Source of the DNA: Eledone cirrhosa
Taxonomy: Eukaryota
Length of the DNA: 64,000 bases
Direction: 5' to 3'
NCBI GenBank assembly: GCA_964016885.1
Contig: OZ024757.1
Span: 16,864,001 to 16,928,000, forward strand
The stretch's first letter is position 1. Every line of letters begins with the position of its first letter. The notes beneath the pieces are model-generated. The model worked only from the letters and a program-made list of their open reading frames with translations. It was not told the origin of the DNA and searched no databases. Positions 21,024 through 33,700 of this stretch are shown here, one piece after another. The position numbers and the translations under genes were made by a program.

Positions 21024-24000
21024 CACCAAAGGATCAACAATTTCAATGGACACTTAACAACACATGTATATGAGTAAAGTATGGTGCAAGCAGACTTGCT
21101 TCATAGCGTGGAGGACCTGTCTGACCCATGGGAAATAAGATGTTTGAAATTTATTAGTAAGTGGAAGACAATGAAAATGTGAATAACACATAAAGAATAT
21201 TTTTATTAGTGATGGCCAGGTACACTGGTTATCAACAACACCTAGATGGTGGCATGCTAAACTTAGTGAATAATACATAAACAGTTAATCAAATTGGTAT
21301 TATTATTAGTGTTCTATGTTAGTGATGACCAGGTACACTGGTTCTCAACACCTAGATGGTGGCATGCTAAACTTAGTGAGACACTAGAAGAGGAGATAAG
21401 CACTGTTATACATTTCTAAGGTTCACTGAACTGTCATGATGGAGACACAGAAAAACATATAGAATAGCACCCCAACAGCTGGGTGCACCAGCTATGGGAA
21501 ATTTGTATCCAGGTACATTAGTGTAGGGTCTCCTACGGCCACCCTTGACCAGGGTGTATCTTGCCGTATACACCCTAAGACCGAGTATTGATCAGGCTTC
21601 ATCTTGCCGTAGGAGATACTATGTGAAGTATACTGCTTATTTCACACTCTAACATGGCGATGGTCGGAGGATATCCTATTGGAGGTATATGCCCTAAAAC
21701 TGCTTCTTTCGCCCTTTAATCTGGTATTGATTATAGTTTATTTGGTCCTAGGAAAACCTACAAGTTAACCACATCCTAAAACCGCCCGGCCGCCTAAACC
21801 CTGGTCACTAGAAGCTGAGAGAGCTATAGATACCGTCTCCTATTGCCAGTTAAACACTGGTCAATACCCAGCTTTTGCGTGTATACGCCCCATATGATCC
21901 TATAGAAAGTGTGTTATCTAAAACTGCTTCTTTTGCCCTCTAACTTGGCATTGACTATAGTTTATCTGGAGAACCTACAAGTTAACAACACCCTAAAACA
22001 GTTACTTTCGCCCTCTATACTTTTATCTTGCCATAGGAGATCCTATGGGATTTACATGTACAAAACATGGTTTTTCACTCTCTACCAGGTTTAGCTGGCC
22101 CCAGGAGACGACAAGCAAACCATACCTTAAAGCCGTCACTTACACCCTCTAACCTTGCACTGTCTAGGGTTTAGCCTATAGTATTTATATTTACTAAACA
22201 TGGTTTTTCAATATCTACCCTGGGATTGACGCGGGTTTAGGTGGCCCTAGGAAACTACAAGCAAACCATACCTTAAAGCCGTTAGTTTTGCCCTCTAAAC
22301 TTGCACTGTCTAGGGTTTCACCAAAGGATCAACAATTTCAATGGACACCAAACAACACATATATATGAAAGTATGGCGCAAGCAGACTTGCTTCATAGCG
22401 TGGAGGACCTGTCTGACGCATGGGAAATAAGATGTTTGAAATTTATTATTAAGTAGAAGACAATGAAAATGTTAACAAATGTGAATAACACATAAAGAAT
22501 ATTTTTATTTGTCGTGGCCAGGTACACTGGTTATCAACAACACCTAGATGGTGGCATGCTAAACTTAGTGAATAATACATAAACAGTTAATCAAATTGGT
22601 ATTATTATTAGTGTTCTATGTTAGTGATGACCAGGTTCACTGGTTCTCAACACCTAGATGGTGGTATGCTAAACTTAGTGAGATACTAGAAGAGGAGATA
22701 AGCACTGTTATACATTTCTAAGGCTCACTGAAATGTCATGATGGAGACCAGCTATGGGAAATTTGTGTCCAGCTACATTAATGTAAGGTCTCCTACGGCC
22801 AGCATTGACGAGGGTGTATCTTGCCGTATACACCCTAAGACAGAGCATTGATCAGGCTTCATCTTGCCGTAGGAGATACTATGTGAAGTATACTGCTTAT
22901 TTCCCACTCTAACATGACAAAGGTCGGAGGATATCCTATTGGAAGTATATGCCCTAAAACTGCTTCTTTCGCCCTTTAATCTAGTATTGATTATAGTTGA
23001 TTTGGTCCTAGGAGAACCTACAAGTTAACCACATCCTAAAACCGCCCGGCCGCCTAAACCCTGGTCACTAGAAGCTGAGAGGGCTATAGATACCGTCTCC
23101 TATTGCCAGTTAAACACTGGTCAATAGCCAGCTTTTGCGTGTATACGCCCCATATGATCCTATAGAAAGTGTGTTATCTAAAACTGCTTCTTTTGCCCTC
23201 TAACTTGGCATTAACTATAGTTTATCTGGAGAACCTACAAGTTAACAACACCCTAAAATAGTTACTTTCGCCCTCTATATTTTTACATTGGCATAGGAGA
23301 TCCTATGGGATTTACATGTACAAAACATGGTTTTTCACTCTACCAGGTTTAGCTGGCCCCAGGAGACTACAAGCAAACCATACCTTAAAGGCGTCACTTA
23401 CACCCTCTAACCTTGCACTGTCTAGGGTTTTGCCTATAGGATTTATATGTACTAAACATGGTTTTTCACTCTCTAGCCTGGGATTGAGGAGGGCTTAGCT
23501 GTCCCTAGGAGACTACAAGCAAACCATACCTTAAAGCCGTCACTTTCGCCCTCTAACCTTGCACAGTCTAGGGTTTAGCCTATAGGATTTATATGTACTA
23601 AACATGGTTTTTCACTCTCTACCCTGGGATTGACGTGGGTTTAACTGGCCCAAGGAGACTACAAGCAAACCATACCTTAAAGCCGTTACTTTCGCCTTCT
23701 AACTTTGTACTGTCTAGAGTTTGGCCTATGGGATTTATATGCATTAAGCATGGTTTTTCAATATCTACCCTGGGATTGACGAGGGTTTAGCTGGCCCTAG
23801 GAGACTACAAACAAACCATACCTTAAAGCCGTTAGTTTTGCCCTCTAACCTTGCACTGTCTAGGGTTTCACCAAAGGATCAACAATTTCAATGGACACCA
23901 AACAACACATATATATGAGTAAAGTATGGCGCAAGCAGCCTTGCTTCATAGTGTGGAGGACCTGTCTGACCCATGGGAAATAAGATGTTTAAAATTTATT

Positions 24001-27000
24001 AGTAAGTAGAAGACAATGAAAATGTTAACCAATGTGAATAACACGTAAAGAATATTTTTATTAGTGATGGCCAGATACACTGGTTATCAACAACACCTAG
24101 ATGGTGGCATGCTAAACTTAGTGAATAATACATAAACAGTTAATCAAATTGGTATTATTATTAGTGTTCTATGTTAGTGATGACCAGATACACTGGTTCT
24201 CAACACCTAGATGGTGGCATGCTAAACTTAGTGAGACACTAGAAGAGGAGATAAGCACTGTTATACATTTCTAAGGTTCACTGAACTGTCATGATGGAGA
24301 CACAGAAAAACATATAGAATAACACCCCAACAGCTGGGTGCACCAGCTATGGGAAATTTGTATCCAGGTACATTAATGTAGGGTCTCCTACGGCCACCCT
24401 TGACCAGGGTGTATCTTGCCGTATACACCCTAAGACCGAGTATTGATCAGGCTTCATCTTGCCGTAGGAGATACTATGTGAAGTATACTGCTTATTTCCC
24501 ACTCTAACATGGAGATGGTCGGAGGATATCCTATTGGAGGTATATGCCCTAAAACTGCTTCTTTCGCCCTTTAATCTAGTATTGATTATAGTTTATTTGG
24601 TCCTAGGAGAACCTACAAGTGAACCAGATCCTAAAACCGCCCGGCCGCCTAAACCCTGGTCACTAGAAGCTGAGAGGGCTATAGATACCGTCTCCTATTG
24701 CCAGTTAAACACTGGTCAATAGCCAGCTTTTGCGTGTATACGCTCCATATGATCCTATAGAAAGTATGCTATCTAAAACTGCTTCTTTTGACCTCTAACT
24801 TGGCATTAACTATAGTTTATCTGGAGAACCTACAAGTTAACAACACCCTAAAATAGTTACTTTCGCCCTCTATATTTTTACATTGGCATAGGAGATCCTA
24901 TGGGATTTACATGTACAAAACATGGTTTTTCACTCTCTACCAGGTGTAGCTGGCCCTAGGAAACTACAAGCAAACCATACCTTAAAGGCGTCACTTACAC
25001 CCTCTAACCTTGCAATGTCTAGGGTTCAGCCTATAGGATTTATATGTACTAAACATGGTTTTTCAACATCTACCCTGGGATTGACGAGGCTTTAGCTGGC
25101 CCTAGGAGACTACAAGCAAACCATACCTTAAAGCCGTTACTTTCGCCCTCTAACCTTGCAATGTCTAGGGTTTAGCCTATAGGATTTATATGTACTAAAC
25201 ATGGTTATTTCACTCTCAACCCTGGGATTGACGAGGGTTGAGCTGGCCCTAGGAGACTACAAGCAAACCATACCTTAAAGCCATTACTTTCGCCCTCTAA
25301 CTTTGTACTCTCTAGGGTGTGGCCTCTGGGATTTATATGCATGGTTTTTCAATATCTACCCTGGGATTGACGAGGGTGTAGCTGGCCCTAGGAGACTACA
25401 ATCAAACCATACCTTAAAGCCGTCACTTACACCCTCTAACCTTGCACTGTCTAGGGTTTAGCATATAGGATTTATATGTACTAAACATGGTTTTTCCCTC
25501 TCTACCCTGGGATTGACGAGGCTTTAGCTGGCCCTAGGAGACTACAAGCAAACCATACCTTAAGGCCGTTACTTTCGCCCTCTAACTTTGTACTCTCTAG
25601 GGTTTAGCCTAATGGATTTATATGTACAAAACATGGTTTTTCAATATCTACCCTGGGATTGACGAGGGTGTAGCTGGCCCTAGGAGACTACAAGCAAGCC
25701 ATACCTTAAAGCCATTACTTTCGCCCTCTAACTTTGTACTCTCTAGGGTGTGGCCTCTGGGATTTATATGCATGGTTTTTCAATATCTACGCTGGGATTG
25801 ATGAGGGTTTATCTGGCCCAAGAAGGCTACAAGCAAACCATACCTTAAAGCCGTCACTTACGCCCTCTAACCTTGCACTGTCTAGGGTTTAGTCTATAGG
25901 ATTTATATGTACTAAACATGGTTTTTCACTCTCTACCCTGGGATTGACGAGGTTTTAGCTGGCCCTAGGAGACTACGAGCAAACCATACCTTAAAGCCGT
26001 CACTTACACCCTCTAACCTTGCACTGTCTAGGGTTTAGCCTATAGGATTGATAGGTACTAAACATGGTTTTTTAATATCTACCCTGGGATTGACGAGGGT
26101 TTAGCTGACCCTAGGAGACTACAAGCAAACCACCCCTTAAAGCCGTCACTTACACCCTTTAACCTTGCACTGTCTAGGGTTTAGCCTATAGGATTTATAT
26201 GTACAAAACATGGTTTTTTAATATCTACCCTGGGATTGACGAGGGTTTAGCTGGCCCTAGGAGGCTACAAGCAAACCACCCCTTAAAGGCGTCACTTACA
26301 CCCTCTAACCTTGCACTGTCTAGCGTTTAGCCTATAGGATTTATATGTACTAAACATGTTTTTTTAATATCTACCCTGGGATTAACGAGGGTTTAGCTGG
26401 CCCTAGGAGACTACGAGCAAACCATACCTTAAAGCCTTCACTTACACCCTCTAACTTTGTACTGTCTAGGGTTTAGCCTATAGGCTTTATATGTATTAAA
26501 CATGGTTTTTCAATCTCTACCTTGGGATTGATGAGGGTTTTGCTGGCCCTAGAAGACTACATTCAAACCATACCTTAAAGCCGTCACTTACACCCTCTAA
26601 CCTTGCACTGTCTAGGGTTTAGCCTATAGGATTTATATGTACTAAACATGGTTTTTCAATCTCTACCCTGGGATTGACGAAGGTTTAGGTGGCCCTAGGA
26701 AACTACAAGCAAACCATACCTTAAAGCCGTTAGTTTTGCCCTCTAACCTAGCACTGTTTAGGATTTCAGCACAGGATCAACAATTTCAATGGACACCAAA
26801 CAACACATATATATGAGTAAAGTATGGCGCAAGCAGCCTTGCTTCATAGTGTGGAGGACCTGTCTGACCCATGGGAAATAAGATGTTTGAAATTTATTGG
26901 TAAGTGGAAGACAATGAAAATGTGAAGAACATATAAAGAATATTTTTATTAGTGATGGCCAGGTACACTGGGTATCAACAACACCTAGATGGTGGCATGC

Positions 27001-27728
27001 TAAACTTAGTGAGATACTAGGAGAGGAGATAAGCATTGTTATACATTTCTAAGGTTCACTGAACTGTCATGATGGAGACACAGAAAAACATATAGAATAG
27101 CACCCCAACAGCTGGGTGCACCAGCTATGGGAAATTTGTATCCAGGTACATTAATGTAGGGTCTCCTACGGCCACCCTTGACCAGGGTGTATCTTGCCCT
27201 ATACACCCTAAGACCGAGCATTGATCAGGCTTCATCTTGCCGTAGGAGATACTATGTGAAGTATACTGCTTATTTCACACTCCAACATGGCGATGGTAGG
27301 AGGATATCCTATTGGAGGTATATGCCCTAAAACTGCTTCTTTCGCCCTTTAATCTGGTATTGATTATAGTTTATTTGGTCCAAGGAGAACCTACAAGTTA
27401 ACCACATCCTAAAACTGCGCGGCCGGCTAAACCCTGGTCACTAGAAGCTGAGAGGGCTATAGATACCGTCTCCTATGGCCAGTTAAACACTGGTCAATAC
27501 CCAGCTTTTGCGTGTATACGCCCCATATGATCCTATAGAAAGTATGCTATCTCAAACTGCTTCTTTTGCCCTCTAACTTGGCATTAACTATAGTTTATCT
27601 GGAGAACCTACAAGTTAACAACACCCTAAAACAGTTACTTTCGCCCTCTATACTTTTATCTAGCCATAGGAGATCCTATGGGGTTTATATGTACAAAACA
27701 TGGTTTTTCACTCTCTACCAGGTTTAGC
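21024..27728 (+). repeat. four ~1-kb complex interruptions in the satellite
   Basis: Units begin caccaaaggatcaacaatttcaatggacac at 21024, 22319, 23869 and (variant) 26767, and end at ~22095, 23353, 24950 and 27728. They are separated by variable numbers of monomers. Confidence 0.95.
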
Positions 27729-30700
27729 TGGCCCCAGGAGACTACAAGCAAACCATACCTTAAAGACGTCACTTACACCCTCTAACCTTGCACTGTCTAG
27801 GGTTTAGCCTATAGGATTGATATGTACTAAACATAGATTTTCACTCGCTACCCTGGGATTGACGAGGGTTTAGCTGACCCTAGGACACTACAAGCAAACC
27901 ATACCTTAAAGCTGTTACTTACGCCCTCTAACTTTGTGCTCTCTAGGGTTTAGCCTATGGGATTTATATGTATTAAACATGGTTTTTCACTCTCTACCCT
28001 GGGATTGACGAGGGTTTAGCTGGCCCTATGAAACTATGAGCAAACCATACCTTAAAGCCGTTACTTACGCCCTCTAACTTTGTGCTCTCTAGGGTTTAGC
28101 CTATGGGATTTATATGTATTAAACATGGTTTTTCACTCTCTACCCTGGGATTGACGAGGGTTTAGCTGGCCCTAGGAAACTACGACCAAACCATACCTTA
28201 AAGCCGTCACTTACACCCTCTAGGAGAACCTACAAGTTAACTAAATCCTAAAACCGCCAGGCCGCCTAAACCTTGGTCACTAGAAGCTGAGAGGGCTATA
28301 GATACCGTCTCCTATGGCCAGTTAAACACTGGTCAATGCCAGGCTTTTGCGTGTATACGCCCCATATGATCCTATAGAAAGTATACTGTCTAAAACTGCT
28401 TCTTTTGCCCTCTAACTTGGCATTAACTATAGTTTATCTGGAGAACCTACAAGTTAACAACACCCTAAAACAGTTACTTTCGCCCTCTATACTTTTATCT
28501 AGCCATAGGAGATCGTATGGGATTTACATGTACAAAACATGGTTTTTCACTCTCTACCAGGTTTAGCTGGCCCCAGGAGACTACAAGCAAACCATACCTT
28601 AAAGGCGTCACTTACACCCTCTAACCTTGCACTGTCTAGGGTTTAGCCTATAGGATTTATATGTACTAAACATGGTTTTTCACTCTCTACCGTGGGATTG
28701 ACGAGGGTTGAGCTGGCCCTAGGACACTACAATCAAACCATACCTTAAAGCCGTTACTTACACCCTCTATCCTTGCACTGTCTAGGGTTTAGCCTATAGG
28801 ATTGATATGTACTAAACAAGGACTTTCACTCCATACCCTGGGATTGACGAGGGTTTAGCTGGCCCCAGGAGACTACAATCAAACCATAGCTTAAAGCCAT
28901 TACTTTCGCCCTCTAACTTTGTACTCTCTAGGGTTTGGCCTATGGGATTTATATGTACTAAACATGGCTTTTCACTCGCTACCCTGGGATTGACGAGGGT
29001 TTAGCTGACCCTAGGACACTACAAGCAAACCATACCTTAAAGGCGTTACTTTCGCCCTCTAACCTTGCACTCTCTAGGGTTTGGCCTATGGGATTTATAT
29101 GTACTAAACATGGTTTTTCACTGTCTACCCTGGGATTGACGAGGGTTGAGCTGACCCTAGGACACTACAATCAAACCATACCTTAAAGCCGTTACTTACA
29201 CCCTCTAACCTTGCACTGTCTAGGGTTTGGCCTATAGGATTTATATGTACTAAATAAGGATTTTCACTCTCTACCGTGGGATTGACGAGGGTTGAGCTGA
29301 CCCTAGGACACTACAATCAAACCATACCTTAAAGCCGTTACTTACACACTTTAACCTTGCACTGTCTAGGGTTTAGCCTATAGGATTTATATGTACTAAA
29401 CAAGGATTTTCACTCTCTACCGTGGGATTGACCAGGGTTGAGCTGACCCTAGGACACTACAATCAAACCATACCTTAAAGCCGTTACTTACACCCTTTAA
29501 CCTTGCACTGTCTAGGGTTTAGCCTATAGGATTTATATGTACTAAACAAGGATTTTCACTCCATACCGTGGGATTGACGAGGTGGCCTATGGGATTTATA
29601 TGTACTAAACATGGATTTTCACTCTCTACCGTGGGATTGACGAGGGTTGAGCTGACCCTAGGACACTACAATCAAACCATACCTTAAAGCCGTTACTTAC
29701 ACCCTTTAACCTTGCACTGTCTAGGGTTTAGCCTATAGGATTTATATGTACTAAACAAGGATTTTCACTCCATACCGTGGGATTGACGAGGTGGCCTATG
29801 GGATTTATATGTACTAAACATGGATTTTCACTCTCTACCGTGGGATTGACGAGGGTTGAGCTGACCCTAGGACACTACAATCAAACCATACCTTAAAGCC
29901 GTTACTTACACCCTTTAACCTTGCACTGTCTAGGGTTTAGCCTATAGGATTTATATGTACTAAACAAGGATTTTCACTCCATACCGTGGGATTGACGAGG
30001 TGGCCTATGGGATTTATATGTACTAAACATGGATTTTCACTCTCTACCGTGGGATTGACGAGGGTTGAGCTGACCCTAGGACACTACAATCAAACCATAC
30101 CTTAAAGCCGTTACTTACGCCCTCTAACTTTGTGCTCTCTAGGGTTTAGCCTATGGGATTTATATGTATTAAACATGGTTTTTCACTCTCTACCCTGGGA
30201 TTGACGAGGGTTTAGCTGGCCCTATGAAACTACGACCAAACCATACCTTAAAGCCGTCACTTACACCCTCTAGGAGAACCTACAAGTTAACTAAATCCTA
30301 AAACCGCCAGGCCGCCTAAACCTTGGTCACTAGAAGCTGAGAGGGCTATAGATACCGTCTCCTATGGCCAGTTAAACACTGGTCAATACCCAGCTTTTGC
30401 GTGTATACGCCCCATATGATCCTATAGAAAGTATGCTATCTAAAACTGCTTCTTTTGCCCTCTAACTTGGCATTAACTATAGTTTATCTGGAGAACCTAC
30501 AAGTTAACAACACCCTAAAACAGTTACTTTCGCCCTCTATACTTTTATCTAGCCATAGGAGATCGTATGGGATTTACATGTACAAAACATGGTTTTTCAC
30601 TCTCTACCAGGTTTAGCTGGCCCCAGGAGACTACAAGCAAACCATACCTTAAAGGCGTCACTTACACCCTCTAAACTTGCACTGTCTAGGGTTTAGCCTA

Positions 30701-33700
30701 TAGTATTTATATGTACTAAACATGGTTTTTCACTCTCTACTCTGGGATTGACGAGGGGTAGCTGGCCCTATGAAACTACAAGCAAACCATACCTTAAAGC
30801 CGTCACTTACACCCTCTATCCTTGCACTGTCTAGGGTTTAGCCTATAGGATTGATATGTACTAAACATGGATTTTCACTCTCTACCGTGGGATTGACGAG
30901 GGTTGAGCTGGCCCTAGGACACTACAATCAAACCATACCTTAAAGCCGTTACTTTCGCCCTCTAACCTTGCACTGTCTAGGGTTTAGCCTATAGGATTTA
31001 TATGTACTAAACAAGGATTTTCACTCTCTACCGTGGGATTGACGAGGGTTGAGCTGACCCTAGGACACTACAATCAAACCATACCTTAAAGACGTTACTT
31101 ACACCCTTTAACCTTGCACTGTCTAGGGTTTAGCCTATAGGATTTATATGTACTAAACAAGGATTTTCACTCGATACCCTGGGATTGACGAGGTGGCCTA
31201 TGGGATTTATATGTACTAAACAAGGATTTTCACTCTCTACCGTGGGATTGACGAGGGTTGAACTGACCCTAGGACACTACAATCAAACCATACCTTAAAG
31301 CCGTTACTTACACCCTTTAACCTTGCACTGTCTAGGGTTTAGCCTATAGGATTTATATGTACTAAATAAGGATTTTCACTCTCTACCGTGGGATTGACGA
31401 GGGTTGAACTGACCCTAGGACACTACAATCAAACCATACCTTAAAGCCGTTACTTACACCCTTTAACCTTGCACTGTCTAGGGTTTAGCCTATAGGATTT
31501 ATATGTACTAAACAAGGATTTTCACTCTCTACCGTGGGATTGACGAGGGTTGAGCTGACCCTAGGACACTACAATCAAACCATACCTTAAAGCCGTTACT
31601 TACACCCTTTAACCTTGCACAGTCTAGGGTTTAGCCTATAGGATTTATATGTACTAAACAAGGATTTTCACTCTCTACTGTGGGATTAACGAGGGTTGAG
31701 CTGACCCTAGGACACTACAATCAAACCATACCTTAAAGCCGTTACTTACACCCTTTAACCTTGCACAGTCTAGGGTTTAGCCTATAGGATTTATATGTAC
31801 TAAACAAGGATTTTCACTCTCTACCGTGGGATTGACGAGGGTTGAGCTGACCCTAGGACACTACAATCAAACCATACCTTAAAGCTGTCACTTACACCCT
31901 CTAACCTTGCACTGTCTAGGGTTTAGCCTATAGGATTTATATGTATTAAACATGGTTTTTCACTCGCTACCCTGGGATTGACGAGGGTTTAGCTGGCCCT
32001 ATGAAACTATGAGCAAACCATACCTTAAAGCCGTTACTTATGCCCTCTAACTTTGTGCTCTCTAGGGTTTAGCCTATGGGATTTATATGTATTAAACATG
32101 GTTTTTCACTCTCTACCCTGGGATTGACGAGGGTTTAGCTGGCCCTAGGAAACTACGACCAAACCATACCTTAAAGCCGTCACTTACACCCTCTAGGAGA
32201 ACCTACAAGTTAACTAAATCCTAAAACCGCCAGGCCGCCTAAACCTTGGTCACTAGAAGCTGAGAGGGCTATAGATACCGTCTCCTATGGCCAGTTAAAC
32301 ACTGGTCAATACCCAGCTTTTGCGTGTATACGCCCCATATGATCCTATAGAAAGTATACTATCTAAAACTGCTTCTTTTGCCCTCTAACTTGGCATTAAC
32401 TATAGTTTATCTGGAGAACCTACAAGTTAACAACACCCTAAAACAGTTACTTTCGCCCTCTATACTTTTATCTAGCCATAGGAGATCCTATGGGATTTAC
32501 ATGTACAAAACATGGTATTTCACTCTCTACCAGGTTTAGCTGGCCCCAGGAGACTACAAGCAAACCATACCTTAAAGGCGTCACTTACACCCTCTATCCT
32601 TGCACTGTCTAGGGTTTAGCCTATAGGATTGATATGTACTAAACATAGATTTTCACTCTCTACCGTGGGATTGACGAGGCTTGAGCTGACCCTAGGACAC
32701 TACAATCAAACCATACCTTAAAGCCGTTACTTACACCCTTTAACCTTGCACTGTCTAGGGTTTAGCCTATAGGATTTATATGTACTAAACAAGGATTTTC
32801 ACTCTCTACCGTGGGATTGATGAGGGTTGAGCTGACCCTAGGACACTACAATCAAACCATACCTTAAAGCCGTTACTTACACCCTCTAACCTTGCACTGT
32901 CTAGGGTTTAGCCTATAGGATTTATATGTACTAAATAAGGATTTTCACTCTCTACCATGGGATTGACGAGGGTTGAGCTGACCCTAGGACACTACAATCA
33001 AACCATACCTTAAAGCCGTTACTTACACCCTTTAACCTTGCACTGTCTAGGGTTTAGCCTATAGGATTTATATGTACTAAACAAGGATTTTCACTCTCTA
33101 CCGTGGGATTGACGAGGGTTGAGCTGACCCTAGGACACTACAATCAAACCATACCTTAAAGCCGTTACTTACACCCTTTAACCTTGCACTGTCTAGGGTT
33201 TAGCCTATAGGATTTATATGTACTAAACAAGGATTTTCACTCTCTACCGTGGGATTGACGAGGGTTGAGCTGACCCTAGGACACTACAATCAAACCATAC
33301 CTTAAAGCCGTTACTTACACCCTCTAACCTTGCACTGTCTAGGGTTTAGCCTATAGGATTTATATGTTCTAAACAAGGATTTTCACTCCATACCCTGGGA
33401 TTGACGAGGTGGCCTATGGGATTTATATGTACTAAACATGGATTTTCACTCTCTGCCGTGGGAGTGACGAGGGTTGAGCTGGCCCCAGGAGACTACAAGC
33501 AAACCATACCTTAAAGCCGTCACTTACACCCTCTATCCTTGCACTGTCTAGGGTTTAGCCTATAGGATTTATATGTACTAAACATGGATTTTCACTCTCT
33601 ACCGTGGGATTGACGAGGGTTGAGCTGACCCTAGGACACTACAATCAAACCATACCTTAAAGCCGTTACTTACACCCTCTAACCTTGCACTGTCTAGGGT

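Noticed and set aside
21320-21380. Box C-like gtgatga in the internal repeat of the long interruptions (snoRNA?)
   Set aside because: No properly placed CTGA box D or terminal stem, and the sister repeat reads gtgatgg.
12317-27221. Short ORFs in the boundary duplicate and satellite interruptions
   Set aside because: No recognisable domains, and frames are not preserved among copies except in the very recent exact duplicate.
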